Below, one piece after another: positions 42,371 to 56,697 of a stretch of DNA of 62,648 nucleotides. The first letter of the stretch is position 1. Each line of letters begins with the position of its first letter. A model generated the notes under the pieces. The model was not told where the DNA came from and searched no databases. It saw only the letters and a list, made by a program, of their open reading frames with translations. The position numbers were made by a program, and so were the translations under genes. Source of the stretch: Paraglomus brasilianum (taxonomy: Eukaryota); NCBI GenBank assembly GCA_910592345.1, contig CAJVPI010000063.1, forward strand, positions 1-62,648, written 5' to 3'.

Positions 42371-45300
42371 ATGGACAACGATCTGGACATCAATAGTCTG
42401 CCGTCAGACACCCAGAATCAATTGAAGCAACTGGAGCAGGAGCTGGCTGACGGTGACTTAACCGAGAAGGGTTTTGAGAAGAAGAGAAGAGAGCTTTTGG
42501 CTACATACTGGGAAACGGCTGCTGATACGGCTGCTCTACCACAAATAGAGGTTGCTGGCCCGTCAACAAGGCAGTCGATACCTCTCTCTTACAATCTTGC
42601 TCCATCAGTACAACCGTCTTATAAGCCATACCATCTATCTCATTCGGGGTCACTCCCAGTCATTTCAAATAATACACCTAACGTCTTAATAAGTAGATCA
42701 GGAAGTCCAGATGTTGACAGACTTCGGGTGCGTGATCACGGTTTAAGTTTGGATGCTTATACATCACCATCGGTCGAGTACACAACACCGTTAACACAAT
42801 ACTACCGGCCTCAGCATGACGGTTATGCGTCGCGCTCGTCTTCACCACAACCCCCACCACAACCCCCCCCTTTTGTCTCTCCAATGGGATCACCTCATCG
42901 ATATAACCTCCTGCCGCCGCAAGGTCGATATCCCCACACGACTCAACCGCCCTATATACAAGTGCAACAGCGGCCACCACCACCACCACCACCACCACCA
43001 CAGGCTTACTACCCTTCACATCCAGGAACTTCCTCGCATGGTTTTCAATATCAACCAGTCCAGGGTATCCAGGGTAGACCTCCACACATTGTTCAAGTTG
43101 ATGTACAGACTGATCCTTCCAATGATTATATAGCTACTGGAAGAATAGCAGATAGATCAAATCCTCTTTATAGAATCAAGACCAACCAAAAGGATTATCG
43201 TGGTCGAGATTCAATCATGTCGGACACTTCGAGCGTACATACTAATGGCGCCACTGATGGTGAATTTTGTAAGTGTTGTATTGTTAGGGCGTAGTTGTCC
43301 TATATATTAGTGCCTGAAGTTTTACTAATATCATCGCGATTACGAATACAAGTGGCGAGATATCACGACGACAACGTATCCATTCGATCTGCTCGATCCA
43401 GCATTGTAGCACCTTCATATATCGGTCCAAAAATAGACGGTTACAGCGCAACAAATGAGAAAATCGGAAGAGGTTTGTCTTTGAATGAACATTTCCGTCT
43501 CAAGTTTGTTTGTTTCTTTTTCAACTAACGAATCCTTGTTATTTTGATCAAGGACTTTCGCATCGTGGTTCACTATATCACAAGCGACAAAGACGATTTT
43601 CACAAGTTTCATTGCCTTCATTGCCTCCATCACCTGATGCACCGATATATGACCCAGAACTTTCAAAACTTGCCGGACTACAATTTATGCCATTCGAACC
43701 ACGTGGAGTGCCATTTAAAATATGTGACCCACTTGATCCAACAAAGCCAATGTTATCATTTCCGAACATTGCTTATGTCTTAAGGTATCGTGCATTGACG
43801 ACACCAAAAAGGACAGCCTTTGTGTTGGTGGATCAGAAGGGGAAAGAGATTGTTGCGTGGTCATGGGAGAAAATATTTGCACGTGCAGAGAAATTAGCAA
43901 TGACTTTAAATAAAGTAATCGGACAGAGGGAGAAAGATCGCGTAGCACTTATTTATCGTAAATCAGAAATAATGGATTTTATCGTAGCTCTTTATAGCTG
44001 TTTCATTGCTGGAAAAGTAGCTGTACCTATTAATGCAGCAGAACAATTTGAAGAGTTGACTTATATACTCGACAATACTCAATGTCGATTAGCATTAACA
44101 ACTGATCACAATCTTAAAGTATTTGTAAGAGATTTGGCCGCTCAGAAAAAGGAATTACCCAGTCGTGTCGAATGGTTGAAGACAAACGATATTGGAGGTT
44201 ATTACCCTAAGAAAAGGGAAGATCATATGCACATTAGCAATGCAGAGTGGGCATACATTGAATTTACAAAGAGTCCAAGCGGCGAGCTCAAAGGAGTCGT
44301 CATTAATCACAAGACAATAATGCAACAGTGTCTGGTAATGAGAGGAGCAATAGTTGAAAAGGAATTTCAAGCTAACATGGAAACCGTTGCGGATCCCTTA
44401 GCCTATGCAGGAAACAAACAGTCAGATGTGATGTTAACTTATTTAGATCCACGACAACAAGTTGGTTTAATATTAGGCGCATTATGGGGAGTTTATTGTG
44501 GGAACATGACGGTTTTCCTTGGGAGTCTTGCTCCAGATACGCCTGGACTATGGGTTAATTGTGTCTCTAGATATAAAGGTAATCGTTGACTTGCACCTAC
44601 GAAAGGATGTATTATAAGGGGGAACACTCAATTCATACGTTAATTATTCTCTTCGAATGTTGTCCTATTCTAGTCACCATTGCTTTGGCCGATTATCCAG
44701 GTCTTCAACCTGTCGTTTCGTCTTTCAAGAATGATCCAGCTTCGACTGTAAATTTTTCAAAGAAATATCCAGCAGACTTGTCGTCTTTAAGACTGCTTCT
44801 TGTTGATACTTTGACTATTGACGTTGATAAGAATGATGAGATTGTTGACCGTCTTCTTAAACCTCTTGGTATCCAATATCCTCGAGACGTTCTTACTCCT
44901 CTAAATAGCTTATCTGAATACGGGGGAATGATCTTGTGTTTCGGAGATTTAATTGGTGTGGAAGGTTTGGACGAACGTTTGCGAGGCCAAAGACATACCC
45001 GAGAATTTTTGCTTGATCGCGAAGCATTAAGAAACAACAAGGTTGTAGTGGTCGCTTCAGGAGATGCCGTTCTTGCGAGAAGGAATGAGAAGGGGCTGAT
45101 TCGAGTTGGAGCATTTGGTTTTGTCATGCCAGAAGGTAGTAAGAAATGTTGAGGTTAAAATGTAAATGTTTGGATTGGAGCTAACTGTATTTTTTCCATA
45201 GCAACTATTGCCATTGTTGACCCCGAGACATCAGCTTTTTGTCTCCCAAATACCGTAGGAGAAATTTGGGTTGACTCTCCTTGTCTGAGTGGCGGTTTCT

Positions 45301-48300
45301 GGCAACTTCGGCAAGATAATGAGTTGATCTTTCATGCAAGACCTCTGTTGGTTCCTGCGATGACCAAAATGCCCGAGCTATTCGAACAAAAATTTTTGAG
45401 ATCTGGTCTTCTGGGGACACTCATTGAAGGACAGTTGGTTGGATTCGGCCTTTACGAGGATCGTATTAGACAGCTTGCCGAAGAACCAAAGTCTGATTCC
45501 GATGGATCTTATCCGGCTACTGAAGTTTGGAACTTTTTTTTCACAAAGGACTTGCAAAATATTGTCATGACCTCTGTTGGGATACGTGAATGGTAAGTCG
45601 ATAATGGCAATGTGTGCTTGACACTTTTACAATCATTTGTTAAATGTTGCCTCGTGACGATTTTAGTGTGGCTACCGAAATTTATGTGAACGATGAGCAT
45701 CTTCCTGTGCTGATTGCTGAATCATCGCTAGAGAAGGGAGCATTACCCGCTCTTGCTGATCAAATAATAAACACTTTGTATGTGCATCAAGGGCTCAGGT
45801 TATATTGTTGTATGATCTGTCCAGTAGACTCACTACCAAGAACGTGGAGAAATGGAAAGAAATTAGTGAATCCATTGCTTTGCAGAAAAGGATTAGAAGA
45901 AGGAAGGTTGAAAGTTTCGTATCTCAAGTTTAATTTAGAGAGATCCATAAAGAACATCCCCATGGGAGAAGATACTGTCGGAGGAATTTGGAGTGAGAGT
46001 GAGTAGTTATCGTAACTGTATGTCTCTTTTGTTTGTAATCGATTATTGTAAACTAATGCAAGGTACGTATAAACAGAGGCTACTAGCTCTAGACAAGTGG
46101 TAAATTATGGTCCAGCACCAAGACGACATCAATTTACCGGTATCGAGAATCCTGTGAGAATTGCAGATGATAAAACTCAAGTGGATTTACTAAAATTCTC
46201 GGACATTGTTAGCATCCTCATGTGGCGTACACAATTGGCACCAGATGAAGCAGCTTATATAACGGTCGATAGTCGCAGCCGTGAAGGGAAGGCAGTATCT
46301 TGGAAAAAATTTAACGCCAAGATTGTTACTATTGCCGCTCATTTACTAAAGAAAGGCTGTAATCAAGGCACACATGTGCTAGTTCTCCTTCCGCATGGAC
46401 TCGAACTTGTAGCTACGGTATATGCGTGCATGGTTCTTGGAGTGATTGTAATACCATTGGCACCTCCAGACGTCAGTCGCGCTGCAGAAGACGTCATGGC
46501 TTTATTAAGTCTTGTTAACGACTTTAACATCAATTGGGTTTTGGTTAATAATGATAGCGAGAATTTACTGAGAAGTAAAAATATCCAAGCGTGTCTGAAG
46601 AATGCTGCAAGAAATGGTGTAAAACTACCTCCGCCGGTCAATGTATCAAAGGCTCCCAAATTGACAAAGACTTTGAAAGAGGCTCATCTAGCGATACGCC
46701 CCGAATGGTGCAAATCTGCACGCCCCGCTGTAGTCATGTGTTATCTCTCAGATGATATGAGGATATCTAGAGTTGGTCTTGGTCATGATACGCTAATGTC
46801 ACTATGTCAAATCCAGAAACAGACATGTAATATGACCAGTGCAAGGGCCGTCGTCAGTTGTGACAAATGTTACACAGGCATTGGTTTTGTCCACACTTTT
46901 CTCTTGGGGGTTTTCATGGGTTAGTACATCGAACATACCCAGTGGATAGAATAGTCAAGATTCTTACGCAATTATCTGTCGATTTTAGGGTCTCCAACCG
47001 TTTTAATATCGCCCCAAGAATACTCTTCGAATCCAGCGATTTGGCTTGAATGTCTGAGTCGATTCAAAAGTAAGCTTTATAGGTTTATTAATCTCAACGT
47101 ATCATAAATACGTGCTCAGGGTATTGTCCTGCACTTTACAATAGTCAGACTCGGATTTATAAAGCAAGTTTATGATAATAGCCTGCGCGACCCTGTTTGG
47201 TCGAATACCAATGCTATTTCGAGACAAGACACACTGAACCCTTGTTCTTTTATCATTTAGTCAAAGACACTTATGCCACCATAACCATGCTGGAACAACT
47301 TTTATCATTCTCCGAGACGACGGAACTCAGGAACCTTTCACTTGGACCTCTGAAGAATCTAATGATTCCTATTTGCGGACGGCCCAAGTCACCCAGGTGT
47401 TCAATCGACAATCGACCTGTACCTACAATCTGTATGTAAAGAATTTTTGTGCATGCATTACATAACTTCTACATACTAAGGCCATGTTTTTATAGATGAA
47501 AGGGTTGTGAAGGCCTTCATCGCTCAAAAATTGGATTATGTGGCTGTCAACTATGTTTACAGTCATGTGATCAACCCAATTGTGACGACCCGATCATATA
47601 TGTGTGTAGAGCCAGTTGAGTTGTATTTAGACCTGAAAAGTCTCCGGCGTGGTATCGTAAAAGTCATAAGTCCTGCTGATGAACCGAACGGTGTACTCCT
47701 TCATGATTCGGGGATGGTATGTGATCACAGTTTATGTCTGGTATTTGAAGACAACAGGCTAATGTTTGTATATTGTGAAAGGTTCCTACTGCTACACAAG
47801 TTGTCATCGTACATCCGGAAACTCGTCGTCCATGTCTTAGCAACGAGTTTGGTGAGATATGGATCTCTTCGGAAGCAAACGGCAAATCTTTTTATGGTTC
47901 CTCCGACCCACTAGATAAAGATCGTCTCTCGGCGGTTGTGGAAGGTGGCGATCCACGACGGACATATGTTCGAACAGGCGACTTGGGATTTTTATATATA
48001 ATACATAAACCTGTTGGGGATGGAGGAGCTTTGGTAGAATTTCAATGTCTCTATATTCTAGGACCTATTGCAGAAACTTTTGAGGTGCTAGGATTGATAC
48101 ACTTCCCTGCGGACGTAGAGTTTAGCGTTGAACGTTGTCTTGTTCAGCGATGCTATCAATCAGCGGCACGTGATAACTGGTAAGTATGTTATCTGTCAAA
48201 ATATTTTGTGATGCTCTCTATAGTAACGTCTTTCTGCCTGTTAGTGTAATATTCCAAGCAAATGGGGAAACTGTATGTATTGTCGCGGTGCATCCTCCCG

Positions 48301-48956
48301 AGATAGCATTATCCATTGTTCCAGTCATCGTAGGTACCATACTGGAGGAACACGGATTCACAATAGATATAGTCGGTTTCGTTGCAAAAGACAGCATGCT
48401 TAAATCACGGTTTGGGGACAAGCAAAGACTCAAAATTTGCGCAGCGTGGCTCAACAAGTCTCTGTAAGTAAAAAATTTTTTTTGTTGTTGCCTAGTCAGT
48501 AATGAATTTAACTAACAACTTCTCGAATGTCTTGTTTTTTTTTGTAGTCCTGTGATTTGCGTTCATCAAGTCAAGAATAACGTTACATCCAAGTTAACAA
48601 CCGAAAATCCTCCAACCACATCTCCACCCAACAACGTCATACCAACAAGAATTTCGGTTGTCCCCGAGGCGGAGCCAACTCCCTCGCAATTCGATACAGT
48701 AACACCGTCGGATATATTAACGGAAGTTGCTAATGAAAATGAAGATATTTACGCAACAAATCAGGAAGTTTACACTACGAATCATGAGGAAGTCTATACT
48801 ACGAACCACGAGGAAATCGATACTGCAAACCAAGAGAATGTCAACCAATTCAATGCCAACGAACAACTATCAAACTCATTTGACTTTTCGACTTTCCAAG
48901 AAGCGTTACCGCAAGTGCCTATTGTTACATTCGACGGTGCAGATAGTTTAGAGTAG
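42371..48956 (+). CDS. DIP2: DIP2/CMR2-family protein: DMAP1-binding domain plus two FAAL-like adenylation domains
   Basis: N-terminal LKQLEQELADGDLTEKGFEKKRRELL; Pro-rich linker; AYIEFTKSPSGELKGVVI, VGEIWVDSP, FLRSGLLG; second module with EFGEIWISSEAN and YVRTGDLGFL. Confidence 0.9.
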
Positions 48957-49514
48957 AATTATTAAGTAAATTAACACCCAATTTAATCTTCACGACCAAA
49001 CAAATTTATCAGATAGCAATCTGAACACGAATAATAATAGCAGATCTTTGATCAATCTATTAATTTCCATTCATATAAAGACATTTAGTACATAGACGTA
49101 ATTTTTAAATCTTTAATACAAAATTATTTATTTTTCAATATCGCTTCATTCTTTAATCATGTCTATCGTCGCGGTTATGACATTTCCATGCAATGATAGG
49201 ACCATAAGTCGATTGACATATGATATCGGTCTTGCTCCCTATACAATCGAAACAACAGCAAGTAGCTCTTGCTCATACCTTGCAATAAAAATTTGTGATG
49301 TGCTGGATGACTTTTCAGCTAAACATCTCTGTGCTGATGCTACACGTTACAAATGCGACCATTTAGTGTAATGGGAATACGCTTGAACGCCGGATACACT
49401 TGGATGGCAAAGATATCCATGCCAGCTGTTCAAAAAATAGACTGGGGCTTTATATGGTAGAAATTAGTAAACAACAACAATAATATTAATATCAAGTAGT
49501 ACACGTATGTATTA

Positions 49515-49912
49515 CACTACCCTTGAAAAAGTATCCGGCCCAGCTAAAAAAAATTTAGCGCTCGATCCATTAAAATGTCGGCCAATTGTATCTGTGACAG
49601 TGCTTTTGGAATTTTTAAAATCCGAGCGATAGCTTCATGAGTCCTTCCAGCAATTCGCAAACCGATTACTTGTCCGCGTTCAAACTCGTTTAATTCACAA
49701 AAAAAAAGAAGAAGCAAAAATCAGAGGAGCTTAGGTTTTTGTTTGTTAAAACTGATATACAATATGCGTAGTTACACAAATATAAACATATTAATATACA
49801 CATAATTGCCAAAACCAGGGGGTTTATTTAAAACAAAAATTTTGGTTAGTTAATATGTCCGATCTTAAGAAATTTAAAAAGAGCTTGGCCGGATACTTTT
49901 CCGAGGGTAGAC
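49515..49912. mobile_element. Tc1/mariner-type MITE (398 bp) flanked by TA
   Basis: Left ctacccttgaaaaagtatccggcc versus the reverse complement of right ggccggatacttttccgagggtag matches 22/24. TA at 49513-14 and 49913-14; no ORF. Confidence 0.85.
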
Positions 49913-50668
49913 TAAATTTCTGAGATGCAATGTCCGCGTTAATTGAATGCGAAAATAACCTTCTTAACCAAGTATATTCCGTGAACTGCCTCTACTTGTC
50001 AATTTCAATTACCTCTTTCTTGTCATTATTATTGTTATCAATTGAACTGGACGCGAAGAGATATTTGGTTAATAATAATTGAATAAGGTTCAAGGTGCTG
50101 ATTTTCTTGTAATTGTCACGAAGTGAATTTAGAACACAAATTGGTTTAACTAATATGATGGTACGCTCGATAAACTACAGAAATGATTTATGTATGTTGG
50201 TTCTATATAAATTTAAACCGAAAAGGCATCATATATGAGGCCAACTTCGTTTTTATTATGTGGGGGTGACTTATGTAATGGTAATTAATGCTATCATACT
50301 TTAAACTGATTGTTGCACAATTACAATATCGTCTTTATTATTATTGTCTCGAAATGTAATATTTCGACAAGGAAAGAGTTTGAGTATTCAGCGCGTTTAG
50401 CATATTTCAAGCCCACATCTCTTTTTTGTATTCTTCAAAGAGTAGCCACAATTTCGTTTATTTCAAATAAATAATGGATATTACACACATAGTCGAAAAA
50501 TCCCGTCGTCGACCGCAGAATTTTATGCATTAAGAGGAGTTATGCATTTAGAGGATAGTCACATGATATGGGGAAAATGCAATTGATTGGATATCTTTTT
50601 TCAATAAAGATTTACAATAAATTCTTTTACAAACCGATATAATAAAAAATTATTTTTTTCTTCTTTCC

Positions 50669-50900
50669 AATGACAAAAGCGACCCTGACAAATATTCAAA
50701 GACGTAAAATTTGCTTTAAAAACAGGATAATCCAAAAGGATCTTGTTGAATGGTGTTAAAAGTGAAAATCAATCAAGCAACAATATCTCGATTGCTAAAG
50801 CGATCATGTGAATTCTTGATACACGAGATGAATTGCACAAGCCCCTCCAGAAACGTGGCCGAAGTGCTAAACCCCCGTTGTTTCAGCAACAAAATCGCTT
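50669..50900 (+). mobile_element. pogo/CENP-B-like transposase N-terminal HTH remnant
   Basis: TLTNIQRRKIC...IQKDLVEWC...INQATISRLLK, with stops and frameshifts. Confidence 0.45.
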
Positions 50901-51563
50901 AGAAGTCAGGAAGGTAATTATTCAAAAGAGTTTGACAATATAATTGGCCGTGTGTTAGAAAGATTGAAGGTAAAAGCACAAAAGATTACTTTGTCGTAGA
51001 ACAAGTGGGAGTGCAATCAATGAATGATTTAGGAGGTGGGTAATTACGTGTAATATTAAGCGGTATTAAATAAAAAAAAGCTTTAGAACTTTGATCACAT
51101 TAGTATTATGTGACAGAAAATTGCAATGAAATTTGATCGCGCACATGCATTATTAATTTACTGCACCGTTATGTGATATATGCATGGAATACTATATCAA
51201 TATATGATTTATAAATCGATTGCATATACATTCAAAGGGTGTATGCAATAACAGATAAGTCCGAACTCGGCATTTAGAGGAGTTTCACTGTATAAGCAAA
51301 CCATATTATTGTGCCGAATTTCCCGTGTCTCCGCTCCATATCTATAGTGTCCCCCATTCCTGCCTTGTTTCTTTTATGCTATTGTCGGCATTATACGTGT
51401 AGAGTGCATAAGTCTAATTTGTAATTTATCTGCTAAACACAGTCGCTCACTACCAAATATGGGTTTAGCAACTGCATTATGCATTACCCAAATTTATGTA
51501 TAAAAAAGACTTGTCCCTCGCTTGTTTTTTATCTTTATTGTCTTATTAAACACTTCATCTGCT

Positions 51564-54500
51564 ATGAACGCGAACAACGAATCAACCTCCTCGGTCCCTC
51601 AATCTAAAGACGAAAAACAACCAAAACGAACCAATGTATTTGCACAGCCACATTTCAGAACAAGGTCCCGTTTGTCCTTTAGGGAATTTCAAAAATCGAC
51701 AAATAATCCAACTACGCGTCAAGCGAAAACGTTTACTCCTCCGCTAAAAAGTCTTGGCAAAGATGTATTTATGCGTAATCCGGTTGCTATGAACAGTAAC
51801 ACGATAGAGACTAATCTACGTCATAACGATACGACATCGACACCCACACAGGACGTGCATCCTCAACAACAAGATATGGTTTCGGATACACATCATTTAG
51901 AATCTGAGACAGAAGATATCCAGATTATCGAACAAGAAGAGTTTCCTTCTTCAGAAAACAATTCCACAAAGACGAATACATCATTATGTGAATTAACCGA
52001 ATCATTTGATAATGTGGATACTTCGCCCCAAGTTCGCCAAATTGCCCAAAGATTGTTCTCTCCAACTGCTCATCAGCAGCAACAAGCAGATGTTGTAACA
52101 ACACGTAATTCCAATCTCAATATTACAAAATCCAATACATCAACTCCCCTCAATTCACCAACGCAATTACAAATAAAACTCGCAAATAAAGTTGACATCG
52201 AAATACCAATGGTTGAACAAACAAGCAACAACAGTCAAACTGATGATAAAATTAACGAATTCGACGTAATTATGAGTGCCGTGAATAAATTGAAAGACGA
52301 GATTACTGAAAAAAATGCTAAAGTCGAGAACCCGGTAAGACTACTTACATTGTCGCTATTTAAATGATGGTGTCGCTTGAAAATATTTGTTCTTTACGAT
52401 TGATATGATTTTGGATCCCATACAATTGTAGCAATCAACGCTCGACCAACTTACCAGCATGCTGAGTGGCAGAGATCAAAGTCTCTCAATATTCAGCGAA
52501 CGCATCAAAATTTTTGAAATACTTGTTAGACGGCAACAGTCGGATTCTGAGTGTACTCGCGAACGAATTGATCATATAAAATCAAAATATTCCCTATTTC
52601 GACACACACTTTCTCAGACAGTCAAGGATTTAGACGTAGTCATGAGTGAGAAGAAAAGAGTTGACGAAGACTTGCAACAGTTGAAATGCAGTACGAGCCA
52701 ATTTCCTATGGTGTTATGATAATCTAAACCCAGACGCGTATTTATAATTTATTCACTTTTAATTAATTAGAATTCGACGCTCTGAACATGACACGCGAAC
52801 TACTAATAGAAGACCACAAAAGCGTTCTGGCTGCCCGTAATTATTGTCATATTTCTATTTCTTATTTATTGTTATTATCCTGTCTTACCAAACTCATTAG
52901 AATGCTACTATCGATAGATCAAGAACAGCTTACCGGGATAACAACTCAGAATAAGAAATTATTGGACGAAAATAGAATTTTGCAGAGCGATAGCGATCGC
53001 CTGAAACGAAATCTTCTAATCATCACTGAGCATTTATCCCATCAGGCGGCAGAGCTTGAATCCTCTCACGCTCAGTTGAAAAAACTGCAGGAAGAGCGCG
53101 AGGCTGACAAAAGCAAGCACATGGAATGTGAAAAGCGGTATGCGTTAAAGAAATTTGGGAAATTTTGGGATTCAGGCTATGTTGTCAATTTTTGTACTCA
53201 GTTTCGCTCATATTATAGTGTCAACAAGCTGTCGTCCGATCTCCAGAATGCTAATCTTACTCTAGAAGCCTCACGCGAAGAGATTTCGCGTCTTGTAAGT
53301 GCTTGTATGGAGAAAGATAAGCGGTATGTCATAATGTCAAGATTTTATTGGTTGTACACATGGTCATTATGTCAAGGTTCTTAATACTTGTATGCTTCCA
53401 CTACATAGGCTTCGAAATGATCGGGCAGAGGAATTACGACTGGAAACTGAACTACAGTTGTTAAGACAGCAACTGGACGAAGTCGTACAAGAAAAAGAAT
53501 CAGAAAAGCACAGGTTTGATATTTACGTTTATGATGGATACTACCAACGTTTTTCACATGGACTAACAGTTCATGCAACATCAAATCATAGCGACTCCCG
53601 TTCGGCTATTGTTGAGAAAGCATCAGGTACCTTTCCAACTCCTAATCACTGTATCGATAAATTCTTTCTTACTTATGGGCCCAACTGGCACGTAATATTG
53701 TAGTGGCCGTCGGAACCTCTGACTGTCCAGACATGGATCTAGCAAGACAACATGCTTTAATGTTACAGATATTTGAGAGAAATTGTATGGACTATGATCT
53801 TCGTGAGCAAGACCTCCAAAGAAAATTAGATGAGAAAAAGGTTTGTGTTCATGTTTTATGATTGAACTTATTACATGTCTGTAGTATACAAAATTTTGAC
53901 TAAACAACCGGTTATCTAATTTTTGACACCCGCAATAGGCTGAAGCGAGCAAGCTTGAATCTCAATTTAACAACTTGCAGCTTGAGTATGAGATTTTGCA
54001 CCGAGAGCATGATAAGCTTTTGGTAGAACGTACCAGTGTTGATAGTAAGGTACGAACAATGTTACACAGTCAAAAGCCAAACAGTCAACTGAACTGACCG
54101 ATTTCGATTCTTTTCACAGAGGGAATCAATTGAACAAACACTGAATAGAGCTGCTCAATATTATCAGGATTTGGCAAACCAAGCAGCTGTGAATCATAAT
54201 AACGAGGTTTGCAAACGTGACAGTAAAATCCACGAATTAGAGTCGAGAGAATCTTCATTACGAGAAGAAATTGTAGGTTTTTTAAAAATGTGCTACGTCA
54301 ATGTCAGGCCGAATATGCTGTGATTGACATGGATTTCTTCTTTAAAACTGCAGCAGACTTTGCAGAATACATTGGCTTCAATTACAGACAAAAGGAAGGA
54401 ACTAGGCAATAATTCTGTAAGTTTTGTATCCACTATTTAATAACTTGGCAATAAAAAGCTAGTCATAATATTAATATTATTTCGAATTTTACTCGCAGAC

Positions 54501-54949
54501 AAATCAAATTACTAGAACAGAAGTTCTCGATAGTTCGAATGACGGACAAGGCTTCCTAAGAGGCAATGAGATACCAGCCGGCGTTTTAGACAATCCTCAA
54601 ATACCATTATCGTCTTCTTTATCTAATATAGACGAACGCCGCCTATCTGACGACAGTCAACAACCGAGGCTGAAACGTCGCAAGGTAAATCGCAAGACTG
54701 CTGGCATATTCTATACTTTTGACTACATATTGCTAATAATGATATAATGACATTGTTCGCCTGCAGACGGAACGTGACATTGATGACAACACCAATGATG
54801 ACGATGATGACGTCTTTTCAGTAAAAAGCTCCACGCAGACAATTGAAATTACGAGCCCAGTTCAAATTTCAAACAGTGTCAAGTCACCCGCTCGCCAAAC
54901 AAACAAGAAAAAAGCGAATACGGGCTATAGGACGCGTACCCGAAAATGA
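51564..54949 (+). CDS. Long coiled-coil protein with disordered S/TP-rich N-terminus and basic C-terminus (multi-exon)
   Basis: Successive GT-AG exons with heptad-rich E/K/L/Q content; last exon ends SPARQTNKKKANTGYRTRTRK*. Confidence 0.7.
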
Positions 54950-56697
54950 CAGAACAGAGATATTGTGCATTTCCTACAACAATGATGAACATTTGCTGCG
55001 AACAACGTCTGACAAACTGTTGTGTATCCATAATGTATATTAAGATAATAGTCACTATATTAGTTGATCTCCGGATCCTCCTTGAGTAATCGTCCAATGA
55101 AATTAGATAATAATAAACATAAGCAGTAATGCGCTTGAGATAGAAAGATATTTATTCATTGCACTGCTTTTTTCCCTGTTGACATGATTTTATTTGTTCG
55201 AAAGAATTCACTGGCATATTGGACTCGACTTTTGTACACATATAATTCGTCCTGCTTTAGTAATAAATAGTTTAGATGTTTTATGTGGCATTACGCACTT
55301 GAATGTACTGGCATCAATTGACTAAAACTTCCGAGATGACGTCTGGAGACAATTGGAACGGATGCCATTCTTAAGAGAATGACTCTATTGTGGGGTAATA
55401 ACCAATTAAACAATAACTTTGTTGCCTTCTTGTCATAGAGACGATTTTCCTCTTGAATGTGTGAATGAACAAATTGCACTACATAGTATTTAGCGATTCA
55501 ATGATTAAACGGCTGCGGAGTGCAAGTTTAAACCAAATTTATTAACCATGATACAAAGTGCACCTATACATAATTAGCACCACCAATATAGACGAGACAG
55601 CACGTTATAGTCAACTCTCTTTATAAGGAAAAAGCAAAATCGTCCTTATAACCAAAGTAGTAGTGACTTGCTTCGTTTAATAATGGCAAAGCACAGGTGG
55701 TCACTATCAGCACAAAAAAGGTCGTATAACTGAAGCCAGGCTGAGGCACATAACTTCGGGTCACACAATTAATTTGTAGCATGGATAGGAAATAGAAAGA
55801 CACTTCCAATTCAACATGGGTGTGTTCGGAAACTGGATAAATTATGCGACTACTGCTCAATTTATATTTTCTTTCACTGAACACAAAGTTTTCACTGTCA
55901 GCCGGGTATTATCCTGTCTATTGTTTTAGTCGCACTGCAATTGTAAAAATAGAATTCCCATATCACAAAGTTGCCTGCATATATTTTTATGTAATCAATA
56001 GGATGAATGAAGAGCACAGAACCAATGAAAAATATTTACAGCAATCAAATGACTAAATTGTAAATCCCAAACCTGCTCGTAATAATAACCATTATTAATA
56101 TAAGATTATTATGACGTTATCGGCTGAATTCTGTTTAACAGTAATGGCAACATATTAATGTTAATATTGATTTGATCGATGTGCATATTAAATCAATCAA
56201 TGCCCGATGAAAAGCGTTGAAGTTGACAGACAGCATCTTAACTTTCATTCTTCTGCCGGCCTCGTATTAGTATTTCTGATTTTGGAGTTTTGCGTTCCTT
56301 TATTAGTTACACCTACGATTGAACGCATAAAGGTGTTATTTTTGGTAATATAATATAATAGTATGATGGGTATTTTTAGTCAAGCGTTAATATTAATTTC
56401 GGATACCTTCAATTTTAGTTGATCCGGTAAGGATTCGTTCGGTAAACGTGTTTCTAATATTAAGGATGCTTTTCAGCTTTTCGCACGTACCGAGCTTGTT
56501 GGAATGTTTACCGAAAACGGCATTGCTATAGCCGGTGCTGTCATGCGAAGAGTTGGAATTTAAAATTGGATACAAAATGGAACTATTTGTGTTTCTGCTC
56601 ATTGACGTATATATTCTCCCTTTTGTATGGTTTGTTTATCAACACTACCTTTACCAACATATAGAAGATAGACGAACAACCCACATATACATAAAAT

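Noticed and set aside
42678..43133. Poly-Val and poly-His ORFs
   Set aside because: Alternative-frame and antisense shadows of the (CCA)n poly-Pro in DIP2.
49150..49460. Possible coding remnant beside the MITE
   Set aside because: No recognisable motif in any frame.
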